Source: a virus (taxonomy: Duplodnaviria; Heunggongvirae; Uroviricota; Caudoviricetes). Taken from it: a DNA stretch of 44,005 nt. Numbering within the stretch: the stretch's first letter is position 1; the number at the start of each line of letters is the position of its first letter. Of this stretch, positions 1 to 10,305 are shown one piece after another. Both the position numbers and the translations under genes were made by a program. The stretch lies in IMG/VR virus record IMGVR_UViG_2579778573_000005; one strand, given 5' to 3'. The notes below the pieces were generated by a model that saw only the letters and a program-made list of their open reading frames with translations, was not told the origin of the DNA and made no database searches.

Positions 1-271
1 TTACTCCAGAGACAGCCGAACCGAAAAACCGTTTTCAGCGAGCGTCAGACTCAGTGTGTTGATAGTCCAGTCCCGGTCCTCCTCGGTCCCGAAACCTTGA
101 GTTGTGACTTTGCATTCTGCTGTCAGCGACACTAAATCGAGCGTCGCTGGCGTCGTGTACGTCATAGAGAACTCTTTTTTAGCTGCACCGCCCTTGAGCC
201 CTGGTGCAGCTTCTTTCGCTGCGTCGAGCGACGGCTCAACTGCCGGCCATTCAATGACAGGATCGCCGCCA
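1..271 (-). pseudogene. Downstream segment of tail gene D in a second reading frame (open 4-324, stop at 1-3); probable frame-broken C-terminal part of D
   Basis: Minus-strand frame open for ~107 codons directly downstream of the D stop, overlapping the D 3' end; no start codon near the junction (first Met at 165). Confidence 0.35.
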
Positions 272-1045
272 CTACCTTGTCCGCAATTCTTTGATCTGCC
301 CAGTTGCTGTGTCGTGATATTTAATCAGATACGTCGGTTCCGGATTTTCGCCACCGCTACCACTATCGCCACTTTGTCCATTTCTCGAATAGCCCCAGCT
401 GGAGTTATCACGACGAGTTAGCGTGTAGTGCTGGAGCGGAGCACCGCTAACAGATTCGCCCGCGCCGCGCGGCAGGAATATCCAGTACCCGCCCGCGGGT
501 TTACTCACCGCATCGAATCTCGTTGCGAGCCGCGACATCAGGTGCATATCTGACTCGCCGACCTGATCGAGTTGCGTGATAACATTGTCTGCAAACCGCT
601 TTGATACGCGTGGTTTTAGCCCATTATCGCTCGCTATTGTCGCAACGATATCGCTGACAGTGACGTCGCTCCAGGAACGAGTCTTTTTGCTCTGAACTGT
701 CGGAGATCCTTTTGCTGCGTTCATCGGAGCCGCTTTTGCTGTGAAATCAACTACCCGGGGTTCACCGCCACTGCTAGCACCGTCAACGATGTATATCCCT
801 TTATCAATTATCTGATTACCGAAACCGAGCCCAATACTGATTTTTACTCCGCGGGCCGGAATTTTCAGAGTTTCAGAAACTATTGCTACGCGGAGTTCGT
901 CTGTCTGTTTACTGGAGCCGCCGTAATCTGTCAGCGTGATATTGATCAAACCTTTTCTTATTTTATCCGTGATGTTTTTATTATCAGCAGATATATAAAA
1001 ATTAGGTTTCCACGCCTCCACGCCAGTATTTACGTAATCACTCAT
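272..1045 (-). CDS. Phage tail protein D (P2 gpD-like), N-terminal ~257 codons
   Basis: Track ORF 257 aa; last gene of a P2-ordered tail operon; shorter than typical gpD (~350-390 aa). Confidence 0.55.
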   Translation of the reverse strand: MSDYVNTGVEAWKPNFYISADNKNITDKIRKGLINITLTDYGGSSKQTDELRVAIVSETLKIPARGVKISIGLGFGNQIIDKGIYIVDGASSGGEPRVVDFTAKAAPMNAAKGSPTVQSKKTRSWSDVTVSDIVATIASDNGLKPRVSKRFADNVITQLDQVGESDMHLMSRLATRFDAVSKPAGGYWIFLPRGAGESVSGAPLQHYTLTRRDNSSWGYSRNGQSGDSGSGGENPEPTYLIKYHDTATGQIKELRTR

Positions 1046-1048
1046 TCA

Positions 1049-1273
1049 TCAATCCCATAATTGCGTTTCTTTTTTAACCGGCTCTGGTTCGATATCTGGT
1101 AAAACAATTTTTTCTCCAGCACGAAACACGGCACACATATCCGTTACGCCGTAATTCGAAACCTGATATAAAACAGTCTCTGTCGTTTTTGACGCTCTCC
1201 CGTAGACCGCAAGGCAGATCTGATCGAGACGGTCACCGTCCCGTGTAGTGTATGTAATCATTTGGGGCCCCAT
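1049..1273 (-). CDS. Phage tail protein X-like small protein
   Basis: Track ORF 74 aa; resembles P2 gpX-type small tail proteins; sits between U and D. Confidence 0.5.
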   Translation of the reverse strand: MGPQMITYTTRDGDRLDQICLAVYGRASKTTETVLYQVSNYGVTDMCAVFRAGEKIVLPDIEPEPVKKETQLWD

Positions 1274-1434
1274 TAATTAAAAGGATTTCATAATGAGAAT
1301 TAATTTTAGTAGTCGGAGAGGTATTAGTATTTCGGCGTCAAAAAAAATACCATCAGGTTGTTTTACATTTATGTTCGTAGTTTTTTTTATTATTTTTATA
1401 CTTGTTAAGTGCTCTGGTAGCGCTTGATTTTGTA

Positions 1435-1863
1435 TTAATCTAGCGAAGCTCCATAATATTCGAGCGTGAGTGAAAAGTCCTGCGATTTAGGTGTTCCGCC
1501 CATCAAAAAGCTGTTTTGCGTTTCAGTTAGTTCTCGCAGCACCCAGTACCCTTTCACCTCCCCGGTCCCCAGCACTAGCTGCTGGGGTTCTCCCGTGTTC
1601 CCGAGCGCTCGCAAATCTGTCAACAGGCCGACGCCGCACCCGTCAAGAAATAAAGCGTTTATCTTTCCATCGATAGTAATTGTGGGGTTCGGTCGTCCGG
1701 TTATCTGCAACGCGTCGTTTTTCCCGAATCGTGTTTGCTGAGCCCAGCGCCAGGCGTCACTACGTTGCAGTTTGTTGTACGCTACTGTTGATATAGCAAA
1801 AATGAAATCACCCAGGCCGAGCATGATATCCTCAGCACCGTTTATTGCATCACTCATTGTCAC
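1435..1863 (-). CDS. Phage tail protein U-like
   Basis: Track ORF 142 aa immediately downstream of the tape measure gene, overlapping its stop. Confidence 0.5.
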   Translation of the reverse strand: MTMSDAINGAEDIMLGLGDFIFAISTVAYNKLQRSDAWRWAQQTRFGKNDALQITGRPNPTITIDGKINALFLDGCGVGLLTDLRALGNTGEPQQLVLGTGEVKGYWVLRELTETQNSFLMGGTPKSQDFSLTLEYYGASLD

Positions 1864-3500
1864 CCCGCCGCAGCTGGTTTATCAAACATCGCGCCACGAT
1901 TGTACGAACTCGCAGCCTGTCTCAGTCCATCGAGCACCCCCGACGCTGCAGATTGTTGTATTGACTGCGGATCTGTCGCACCGACAATATTGATTTCGAT
2001 TTTATTGTTTTGCTCCGGCGCAGGTGTCGAGACTGCCTGCTTCAACGTATCAATATTTAACGTCGACGAATCCAGTGCTGCAGGCGCGGTATTTTTATTT
2101 ACCATCCCGGATAATGGATTAACAAACGCGAGCATTGATTCTGCCTGAGATTTTGCCTGTTCTTGCCGTTCTGGATGCCGCATATTTTCGACAGCCTCTT
2201 CGGCTTTTGCCTTCGCAATATTATCAGCAGTCAATCCAGCGTTCGGTGAATATTTACCTCCCGAATCCATAAACTCTTGATATGCCCGATTATATTCGTC
2301 ATTATAAGTTTTCTGTTCTTCATCTGATTTTTCATCCGGAATAAGCCACTCCAGTTTCTTTACGACAGCCCATATAATCTTCCCGAATTTGACGCAACCT
2401 TCTCCAAAATTGACGATGCCATCCCACATTTTTTTCATATTTTCTGGTTTTACCCACTCAGTAATTGTGCTGACAAAACCACCCTGATTATCCTTAAACC
2501 AGGATGTAAATGTTTCACGTACTGAGTCAAACGTCGGCGCGAGTTCCCCCCCGATTTTACCGAGTGTATCTGCAAGTCCCGACGTAATAGAGCCCCACAG
2601 ATTTGTCACTGATACATGCGCACGCGCCGCCCCTTCCGCACCCTCTTTTGTTAACAAATTCGACTTTTGCGCGTCAGACATTGTCTGTTCCCAGCTTTTA
2701 CCCGTCGCCTTCATATACGTCATGATCTTATTAGCCTCGCCCCCCATGAGCTGGTCAGCGAGGCTCGCCGCTTGCTTCTCATCTTTCATTTCAGAGATGC
2801 GACGCATAACCTCATTAAACTGTTTTTCCCGATCCCAGCCAGCCATTCGTTTTTTCGTCAGGCCAATTTGAAATAACATGGGATTCAGGCTTTTTTCGTT
2901 TCCGATTTCGCCGATTTTATTTGTAAGTTCTTCAGACAAATCCCCGATATTTTCGCCGTTCAGGCCCGCGGCTTTACCAATATTTTCCCACGCAGCGTAT
3001 TTTTCGACGCCAACGCCGTAGGACTTCGCCAGACCGAGTTTTTCTGACGTCTCTGCATTCATTGCCAGCGCACCAGCTGCAGCACCGCCAATGAGCCCTG
3101 CCGCGCCAAGTGTCCCCCATTTGATACCCCGCCCCGTAGCCCTCACCGCACCTGCGGCGGCTCGTCCGCCCCATTTTGCAGCTCCTTTTGCGCGACCCGT
3201 CCACTTCTCCAGCCGCTGTTTTTTAGCAAGTTGAGTATTCAGCGCCTCCTGGTCCTGCGTTGTCGCTTTTATTCGACGGTCCAGCTTTTGATACTGAGCA
3301 GATAAATCAGAAACGTCTTTACCTGCCAGTTTCATTGCTGCGATTTTGTCTTTTAATTTATCCTGACTTTTCGTTAATTTCCCGACAGTAGACGACGTCT
3401 GCCGAATCGCATCATTGAGTTCTGTTGTACCGCGACGAAACGACGGGTCTATTCGCCCACCGAATACAACCTGCGTTTTAAAGTTTTGAGAAATAGCCAT
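1860..3500 (-). CDS. Tail tape measure protein
   Basis: Track ORF 546 aa; Gly/Ala-rich and coiled-coil-like segments; position between chaperone E and U. Confidence 0.65.
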   Translation of the reverse strand: MAISQNFKTQVVFGGRIDPSFRRGTTELNDAIRQTSSTVGKLTKSQDKLKDKIAAMKLAGKDVSDLSAQYQKLDRRIKATTQDQEALNTQLAKKQRLEKWTGRAKGAAKWGGRAAAGAVRATGRGIKWGTLGAAGLIGGAAAGALAMNAETSEKLGLAKSYGVGVEKYAAWENIGKAAGLNGENIGDLSEELTNKIGEIGNEKSLNPMLFQIGLTKKRMAGWDREKQFNEVMRRISEMKDEKQAASLADQLMGGEANKIMTYMKATGKSWEQTMSDAQKSNLLTKEGAEGAARAHVSVTNLWGSITSGLADTLGKIGGELAPTFDSVRETFTSWFKDNQGGFVSTITEWVKPENMKKMWDGIVNFGEGCVKFGKIIWAVVKKLEWLIPDEKSDEEQKTYNDEYNRAYQEFMDSGGKYSPNAGLTADNIAKAKAEEAVENMRHPERQEQAKSQAESMLAFVNPLSGMVNKNTAPAALDSSTLNIDTLKQAVSTPAPEQNNKIEINIVGATDPQSIQQSAASGVLDGLRQAASSYNRGAMFDKPAAAG

Positions 3501-3608
3501 CGATTTTCATGACCTCGTTTACATAGAAATTAAAAACCCGGTACGGCAGGTCCATTTGCGTATCGGGCGGGATGGCAAGTTTTTTCGCAATAAACGGAAT
3601 CAGAATAA

Positions 3609-3890
3609 CTATATCTGATGTCGGTCTTTCGGAGGCTTTACCAGTTCGTTAAATGCGGCCTCCATTTGATCGTAATCGCACGCAGGCAGTGCATATAAAT
3701 CCTCACGCTCCAGATTTGCCAGGCGCGCCAGCATTGTCGCTGTCCGCTCTTCAAGACCACTTTTATCGTTACTGAACATAATGCGGTCGCGTAATTTTGG
3801 TTCGCGAATAGTAATTGTATCGCGGCTCTCCCCCTTAATAATAAACGGGCGAGAGAGCGTAATAGTCATACTGTCTAATAATGATTCCAT
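3609..3890 (-). CDS. Tail assembly chaperone (P2 gpE-like)
   Basis: Track ORF 93 aa between tube and tape measure genes; a -1 frame extension ORF (3478-3648) overlaps its 3' end. Confidence 0.45.
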   Translation of the reverse strand: MESLLDSMTITLSRPFIIKGESRDTITIREPKLRDRIMFSNDKSGLEERTATMLARLANLEREDLYALPACDYDQMEAAFNELVKPPKDRHQI

Positions 3891-3902
3891 TTTATTTGCC
3901 TT

Positions 3903-4415
3903 TTAATATACATGGAGAATACGAGCAACGCCCGCAAGAACGTCAACACCATTAATTACTCGTTTCATTTTTGCAGGATGAATCTCGTAAATAATTTTTC
4001 CATTTTGAACTCGTTTATAATAGCTCGGCGCAATCGTTACTGATTGCCCAACTGCTGATTTTGAATCAGTCCCCTGCGCGTCATCAGTAATCGCCGTAAT
4101 AAGCCCCTCATATGTATCAATACGTTCAAAATTGACACCGTAATTGTCAGTATATGCACTTCGAATTTCGAACCTTGTTTTAGCACCTGGTATTAATCCC
4201 AAATACCCCATCACACCAGAATCGGAGCCAGAGACTTTAAAACTGGCTGACATTTTCTCCATTCCCCCGTCCAGAGTGATAGCTGTATCCATAGCGCCCG
4301 TCTTAAAATCATCTTCGATTATTTTCATATCGACGGGAGTGTATTCAGTGCAATTTAAAACTCGTTCTCCCTGGACGAACAACGCAAATGCACGATAGGT
4401 GTTACTATCTGCCAT
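3903..4415 (-). CDS. Tail tube protein (P2 FII-like)
   Basis: Track ORF 170 aa directly after the sheath gene. Confidence 0.6.
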   Translation of the reverse strand: MADSNTYRAFALFVQGERVLNCTEYTPVDMKIIEDDFKTGAMDTAITLDGGMEKMSASFKVSGSDSGVMGYLGLIPGAKTRFEIRSAYTDNYGVNFERIDTYEGLITAITDDAQGTDSKSAVGQSVTIAPSYYKRVQNGKIIYEIHPAKMKRVINGVDVLAGVARILHVY

Positions 4416-4432
4416 ATCAATTCTCCAGATTA

Positions 4433-5935
4433 TTAGACTGTTTCTTTAAAAAGAGAGGCCAGAGCTTCAACTGTGTAATCATTATTAATGCGGTACATTA
4501 ACGTAATTGTTTGTGCCGGGGATTTCGGTCCAAAGTCAACATTAATATAAAGATTACCAGCGGCCAGACTTTCTTTTGTATTTAACTCTTCATCTAACCA
4601 CGCCCGTCCTCCGTTAATCGCGCCCTGCTCCTCTAATTTATGCAGATACGCGTTTATCGACTCTACAACGTCTGTTCCGAGGTGCAGGTCTATCGGGCGA
4701 TCAATAAAATCGGTCATCATTGCCCGGGCTATTGAATCCTCAATTACGTCAGCTGTCCGACGAACGCATTCAAAGGACCATTGGGGACTGAGGCTACACA
4801 GATAGTTACCCCAGTGTCTGAATCCATCATAGCGAATAATTGTGCTGACCTGGCTGGCGTTCAGCAGATTTGCTGTGCAGTTCGTTTCACCGATTATAAA
4901 ATCATCGACTTGTTCGAGTCCTGTAATTCCGTAGATATTTTGATTCGATTTGCTCCACCAAAACCCTTTTTCGTTATCAATTCTGGCTCGTAAACCAGCA
5001 GCGATAGCTGAATACGGACGAGATAAACCACTAACATCACTCGTAGAATAAACACGAGGGCGCAGAATTTCCATTCTGCCGCCGTACCTCTGACGACGAT
5101 TTACAACGTCAGCAGGCGTAGCGCCTCGCGGTGAATCGATATATCCAACGCCTCGTAATTTATTTGTCACCACTTCAAGTTGTTCTGCAATATAATCGTT
5201 AGCACTATAATCTGGAGCGATTAAAATTCTCGGCGTTACTTGATTTATTTGCGCAGACGTCAACAATGCGTTAATCCCGTTAACGACGTTCTGCCGCATT
5301 TTTGTTTCGTCGCTGTCCTCTTCGACGCGGACAACAACAATAATGGCATCCTCCTGATTTAGTATTTCAGATACAGCGGGAGGAAGGGTTCCAGACCCAC
5401 CGAGCAATCCAGCTTTTTTTTGACTGCCTGCAATTAACGTCGGAACATTATATTTGAACGATTCGTCTTTACCACCGGATAAATTTGTTGGGGGGAGCGC
5501 GAATACAGTCCCCGTTCCTGCGTGATCACCACCGAATGTGACGTTAATATATTCTCCAATCTGGAGTCCTTCTTTATACTGCTGGTTCTGATCGTACATT
5601 TTTGACGGGGTCATGGCACCGTCCGTGATCATTGTTAATTTTCTCGAACCGTCGGGCAGTGTGCTGTATCCTGGAGTTGCTACATTCCCGTTAATTCCCA
5701 AATCAACAATTTCAACAATCCAGTTGTTTCCGTCGGCCCCTGGCATGACAGTCGAAAACTCAACAAGATTGTCTGCGAGCTCTGATCCCCATAATAGTGA
5801 TGCACAAGTTGGGTAGCTGGAATCGGGAGCAGTACCAACAATCCCAATCACGGAAATATCTACTGTGTTGATCTCTTTTGTGCCGTCGTCGTATTCGAGC
5901 GTGCGAATACCGTGTAAAAAATTAGTTACGCTCAT
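4433..5935 (-). CDS. Contractile tail sheath protein (P2 FI-like)
   Basis: Track ORF 500 aa; N-terminal region resembles P2 FI sheath. Confidence 0.8.
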   Translation of the reverse strand: MSVTNFLHGIRTLEYDDGTKEINTVDISVIGIVGTAPDSSYPTCASLLWGSELADNLVEFSTVMPGADGNNWIVEIVDLGINGNVATPGYSTLPDGSRKLTMITDGAMTPSKMYDQNQQYKEGLQIGEYINVTFGGDHAGTGTVFALPPTNLSGGKDESFKYNVPTLIAGSQKKAGLLGGSGTLPPAVSEILNQEDAIIVVVRVEEDSDETKMRQNVVNGINALLTSAQINQVTPRILIAPDYSANDYIAEQLEVVTNKLRGVGYIDSPRGATPADVVNRRQRYGGRMEILRPRVYSTSDVSGLSRPYSAIAAGLRARIDNEKGFWWSKSNQNIYGITGLEQVDDFIIGETNCTANLLNASQVSTIIRYDGFRHWGNYLCSLSPQWSFECVRRTADVIEDSIARAMMTDFIDRPIDLHLGTDVVESINAYLHKLEEQGAINGGRAWLDEELNTKESLAAGNLYINVDFGPKSPAQTITLMYRINNDYTVEALASLFKETV

Positions 5936-6321
5936 TTTATTCCTTCTCTATTTTCACCAATTCGCGTCGCTATTGCTTCTTTAAGCTCGGCCAAATTTTC
6001 GATTTGCGCGTCAGATGCGGTTCCGGCATCTACTGCACACTGAATTGAGAATGCCTCAATTGACAGATCGCCAACAGTCCGTAATGTAGTCTGGAGTTTT
6101 TGCGTCTGCTCTTTTTTTACAAATTTAGAAATGCTCCCATAATCCCCGCTCAGCGCTCTTTCATATAAAACCCTACCGTGTTCCTCGCAATCATTTTTCA
6201 TTGCGGTGAATGGAATGTCGTTTCCAATCCCGTCAATATCGCAAATAATATTTATAGATAACCCATGCTCGTCATTAAAAACAGGGTTTGTTATTTTTCT
6301 AAATGAATCAACGCTTATCAT
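5932..6321 (-). CDS. Putative tail fiber assembly protein (positional)
   Basis: Track ORF 129 aa immediately downstream of the tail fiber gene, overlapping stop/start. Confidence 0.35.
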   Translation of the reverse strand: MISVDSFRKITNPVFNDEHGLSINIICDIDGIGNDIPFTAMKNDCEEHGRVLYERALSGDYGSISKFVKKEQTQKLQTTLRTVGDLSIEAFSIQCAVDAGTASDAQIENLAELKEAIATRIGENREGIK

Positions 6322-7505
6322 TACGCAATCCTAATAGCTAAAAAACAGGCAGTCCCAATATCACCGACTCCACCGGGTGAATACGCCATGGCTCGCCATG
6401 AGCCAATAAGTGGTGTGTCATAAAATGGTTTTGTGGCAATATCCGTGTTATATGAACCGGTATTATTTATACTAGCGTAATATAAATCCCCTCCAGCCCA
6501 TATGGAGCCCGGGAGTATTTGTGGTGCATGATTAATAGCGACAAGCGCATAAGTACCAACCGCGCCAACAACACCTATTTCCGGTGATGGGTCCGGTGAA
6601 AGACTTATATCTATGTTGCCATTTTCATCCGGCGACTCCCCGTTAATCGTTTTAACCGGTTTAAGATTAGCCTCATTCCAGTATTTATACGTCTGCCCGC
6701 CGCACAGTAACACCAGGCCATCATAGTGAACTCCGCGTAATCTATAAAAAACCTTCTGATTGTTTTCTCCACGGGTCGAAAAATCTAAATAATCGCCCGA
6801 CACATCTGATAAACCAGCAAATGAAAACAACGTCAAATCAGTGCCCGGTTTGTTTATATTTATTTGTTTTTTAGAGGATAAAACGTCTTCAAAAATCACA
6901 TCATCTTTAAAAGTATTTGGATGAGTAAATGCATTACCCTTATCTCTATATGCAACGTCCCCATCTATACCAATATTTTTCCGCGCAGCCTGCTGAGCAG
7001 TTTCACCATTTGCGGGAATTTCAGATAAGTTTTTACTTATCTGCAAATATTTTTTGTCAGCTTCCTCGGGAGTTACGTAGTTGTCATATACTACAACATT
7101 AACCGTAGATGTGCTGGACACCGCGAGTGTGTATTTATACGTGATTGAAATCAGCGCACCGTTGCTGTCCGTAGGTTTTAAAATGTCCGGCGAGCGCGCC
7201 ACAGAGTACAGCTCGCCTTTATCTGTTAATATCCCCACCTCACGGATAGTATAGCCCCCAGTGTCTGGCGGTACGTAAAGTGTAAAGATAACCTGGTTAC
7301 CGCTATTTTCTGCGGATTTAATATCCCCACGATACGTCTCGTGAATTAATGCAGTTCGTGCCGGGTCCGGTGTTACGTCGTCGTTTCCGTTTGCGTCGCC
7401 AATAACGAATTTATTCAGCACCACGGGTACACCCGATGCCAGCGCAGCGGCTTCAAGTTGTGCGCCACGGTCTGTCAGTACTGCGTAAATTTTATTTTCA
7501 GCCAT
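6321..7505 (-). CDS. Tail fiber protein (P2 gpH-like N-terminal domain)
   Basis: Track ORF 394 aa; N-terminus resembles the conserved N-terminal domain of P2 H-type fibers. Confidence 0.65.
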   Translation of the reverse strand: MAENKIYAVLTDRGAQLEAAALASGVPVVLNKFVIGDANGNDDVTPDPARTALIHETYRGDIKSAENSGNQVIFTLYVPPDTGGYTIREVGILTDKGELYSVARSPDILKPTDSNGALISITYKYTLAVSSTSTVNVVVYDNYVTPEEADKKYLQISKNLSEIPANGETAQQAARKNIGIDGDVAYRDKGNAFTHPNTFKDDVIFEDVLSSKKQININKPGTDLTLFSFAGLSDVSGDYLDFSTRGENNQKVFYRLRGVHYDGLVLLCGGQTYKYWNEANLKPVKTINGESPDENGNIDISLSPDPSPEIGVVGAVGTYALVAINHAPQILPGSIWAGGDLYYASINNTGSYNTDIATKPFYDTPLIGSWRAMAYSPGGVGDIGTACFLAIRIA

Positions 7506-8124
7506 TTGGCCCTATCTCCACATTTAAACTAACAATTGGTGAGCCCGATATATATAGCCCGCCGTTAATTTTTACACCGCCGTCGCCGTCTGCTGGGACG
7601 TTTACGCCTATTTTCGCGTAAGGTGTACCGGCTATAAAAAACTCACCATCGACACCCGTTTCGAAATTTATTTCTTTTAATAAGGAACGACAATTTTTTG
7701 CATCAAATATTTGTGCAATAAATGTATTCAATAGTTCTAAATCTAACCCCATGCTTTTTAGCAGATATATTTTAATTGCGAATGTATACGGGTCGTCCCT
7801 GGGCGTGGCTTCAAACCACTCTCTCATTTTGCTCTCAAAGCCAACAGTTAATAACGCTCGTTCAACAGCTCCACGCGTTCCGCGGTGCTTATTCTGCCAC
7901 GCAGCTGCTTTAATAATTTCGCGTTTTTGCTGCTCACTCCAGTCGGGGTTCCAGTAGGTGACCGCGTACTCCCACGCCAGCCACGGCAACAGATTTGCAG
8001 GGCACAAATCGGGATTTTTAATAATTCGAATATCGCCAGGCAGATCGCCGACGTGAGATAAAACAACCTCAAGCGCCCTCTCAGGGGTTATTGCGTTCGG
8101 AGGCAGTACGCTTTGACTTGTCAT
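7498..8124 (-). CDS. Baseplate/tail protein I-like
   Basis: Track ORF 208 aa; position after J in P2 order. Confidence 0.6.
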   Translation of the reverse strand: MTSQSVLPPNAITPERALEVVLSHVGDLPGDIRIIKNPDLCPANLLPWLAWEYAVTYWNPDWSEQQKREIIKAAAWQNKHRGTRGAVERALLTVGFESKMREWFEATPRDDPYTFAIKIYLLKSMGLDLELLNTFIAQIFDAKNCRSLLKEINFETGVDGEFFIAGTPYAKIGVNVPADGDGGVKINGGLYISGSPIVSLNVEIGPNG

Positions 8125-8126
8125 GG

Positions 8127-9047
8127 CTACCCCATTTGCACGCTGAGTTTGATTTCTGTGCAGTACGGAGCCTGCCCGACGCCAGCGATCACATCCTCTG
8201 TTGGCGATATCAGAATCACACGTTCAGTGCCGTCACGATGTATCGCGTCGTAAATTCCTGACAGAGCTGCCGTCGCTCCGATTTTATGTTGCGTATCCAC
8301 ATATATCGCCAAATCGCTCTGAGCACCGTTAAGCAAAACGTTCTGGTCGGGTCCGAGCCCGGCTACGATAACGGCCTCAACCCGGTAATTCAGGTTCGAC
8401 GCAGGTTTTACAGTCACGAAATCAGTCAGCGGTCGAGTATCGTCAGGAGACAGGGCCGCATTCACTGTATTCAGTAGTGATTGAGGCGGAGTGCCGTCGC
8501 CGGTTCGCGACAAGACATACATATCGACGTATCCAGGCTGGGTCACCGGCGGGCCGTACGCCTGAGCTGACAGAACGTCGGGATCACTCGACAGCGCGAA
8601 ATAGTTATAGGCGTTCGTACTGCCGGCAGTATTCCGCGCATACCATGATAGCTGTATTCGGTGTCGATACTCGTCGTCACTCTCGTAAACAGCCTCAGTC
8701 GGGGGAATTACATCGGGATTAGCTGGCGTTATCAACAGCCGCAGGCAGTCAAAATTAGCGCCAATCTGGTCGAGGTCACTCCCCTTTGCAAACGCGAGCA
8801 ATACAGCGAGCATCCCCTGATTTACCCGAGCTGTAATAATGATTTCTCTGTATGCAACTATTTCCAGCAGTTTAACGGCCGGGTCTGACTCCAGGAGTGC
8901 GTTAAATTGTGGATATAATATCTGCAGCTCTGACAGTAGATTAGATTTAACATCTGAAAATAACGGGGTTTTAACGAATGCTGGCGGCGGCAGCAGACTC
9001 ATATCAATAGTTTTCACTATCGAATTCTGAACTGTTGATGTTATCAA
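8127..9047 (-). CDS. Baseplate protein J-like
   Basis: Track ORF 306 aa; position and size match P2 J. Confidence 0.75.
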   Translation of the reverse strand: MITSTVQNSIVKTIDMSLLPPPAFVKTPLFSDVKSNLLSELQILYPQFNALLESDPAVKLLEIVAYREIIITARVNQGMLAVLLAFAKGSDLDQIGANFDCLRLLITPANPDVIPPTEAVYESDDEYRHRIQLSWYARNTAGSTNAYNYFALSSDPDVLSAQAYGPPVTQPGYVDMYVLSRTGDGTPPQSLLNTVNAALSPDDTRPLTDFVTVKPASNLNYRVEAVIVAGLGPDQNVLLNGAQSDLAIYVDTQHKIGATAALSGIYDAIHRDGTERVILISPTEDVIAGVGQAPYCTEIKLSVQMG

Positions 9048-9433
9048 AATATCAGCTCCATATTATTAAACTCTAATCGCTGTTGTGTTTCGATATCTGT
9101 TGCGATAATTAATATTGTTATTTTCCCGATATCCACTGCTAACACATTTATTCTGTCAATTCTGACGCGTGGTTCCCATCGTGCTATTGCGCCAGCGCTT
9201 TCCATGATTATTCGCATAGCAAGCGACGGATCTGTGGGATTATCAACAAGATCAAATAATTTGCTGCCATATTCCGGCAGCATTACACGCGTCCCCAGCG
9301 GGGTCGTTAAAATATCAACGATAGACTGACGAATGTGATCAGTCCCCGATAAAAGTTTACCGGTGTTACGGTCCATTCCAAGCATCTTTACGCCATTGGT
9401 TGGTTCGGTTGTTGAGTTTCCCCGTCCGGACAT
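9044..9433 (-). CDS. Baseplate protein W-like (gp25 family)
   Basis: Track ORF 129 aa; central region resembles P2 W; true start probably the internal Met near 9385. Confidence 0.75.
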   Translation of the reverse strand: MSGRGNSTTEPTNGVKMLGMDRNTGKLLSGTDHIRQSIVDILTTPLGTRVMLPEYGSKLFDLVDNPTDPSLAMRIIMESAGAIARWEPRVRIDRINVLAVDIGKITILIIATDIETQQRLEFNNMELIF

Positions 9434-10305
9434 ATATGAGTGTGTCCGTTATACGTTGTGCGGACTTCAGTTATTGTGCCTTGTCGGTCCTGCACCTCTT
9501 GCCCTGCTAACACACTACCGCGAGTTGTGATATTACCTGTTCCACCGTTATCTCCAGTGACAGAAATATCGTTACGGAATGTCGCTAATTTATCTACTAC
9601 TAATGTCTCGGTAATATGCGTTGGACCAGCTAGTGTTATACCACCCGGAGCCCACGCGCTGATTGTTTGAGCTGTCAGCGATATTCTGTTCGCAGCAGTA
9701 ACACTAACAGAACTCGTTGCTATAACGTTCACTAAATCAGCATGTGCGTTAATTGTATCTGTCGCTGTGACATTAATAATATCAGCGTCTGCGTTAATTA
9801 ATTTCCCACCATGGATATTAACTACATTTTCGCTATTAATAGTAACATCTGCGCGTCCAAATATTTCTATTTCAGACTCACCGAGTATTTTTACCACGCC
9901 GTCCGGTACGCCCTGCCATGTCAGAGTGTGATTTTTTGTGTTATACGTCATCGTAGCCCCGTCACAGTATGCAGTGACATGATCATGGGGGTCATTGCTT
10001 GGCGGAGCTTTGTCGTCAATGTGCAGCCCGAGCATAACTACACCGTTCCGCGTATCCCCACCCTCAGAAACAACAGTAACGGGATCGCCCACTGATGGTG
10101 CGCTCCAGTCGACGCGTTCTGAGGTGGCGTGAGTAAACCACTGCAGCCAGCCTGACTGGTGTTCGCCACCAAATGAGACTCGGCAGCGTGGAGGATTCAT
10201 TTTAACTGCAGCTATCGTGCCGCGTTTAACTGCGTCACGCAGCCTGCGCGCGTTCTCCGCTGCAGCATATTCATCGTCCGATTGGGCCATAATAGTCGCC
10301 CTCAT
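9388..10305 (-). CDS. Baseplate spike protein V-like
   Basis: Track ORF 305 aa; N-terminal region and C-terminal His-rich tip resemble P2 gpV. Confidence 0.8.
   Translation of the reverse strand: MRATIMAQSDDEYAAAENARRLRDAVKRGTIAAVKMNPPRCRVSFGGEHQSGWLQWFTHATSERVDWSAPSVGDPVTVVSEGGDTRNGVVMLGLHIDDKAPPSNDPHDHVTAYCDGATMTYNTKNHTLTWQGVPDGVVKILGESEIEIFGRADVTINSENVVNIHGGKLINADADIINVTATDTINAHADLVNVIATSSVSVTAANRISLTAQTISAWAPGGITLAGPTHITETLVVDKLATFRNDISVTGDNGGTGNITTRGSVLAGQEVQDRQGTITEVRTTYNGHTHICPDGETQQPNQPMA

Noticed and set aside
1292-1380. 29-codon plus-strand ORF in the AT-rich gap between U and X
   Set aside because: Too short and antisense to the tail operon; the gap more likely holds regulatory or processing signals
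3580-3586. A6 run as the slippery site for the chaperone frameshift
   Set aside because: It lies downstream of the E stop codon in the E frame, so it cannot be the E/E' shift site
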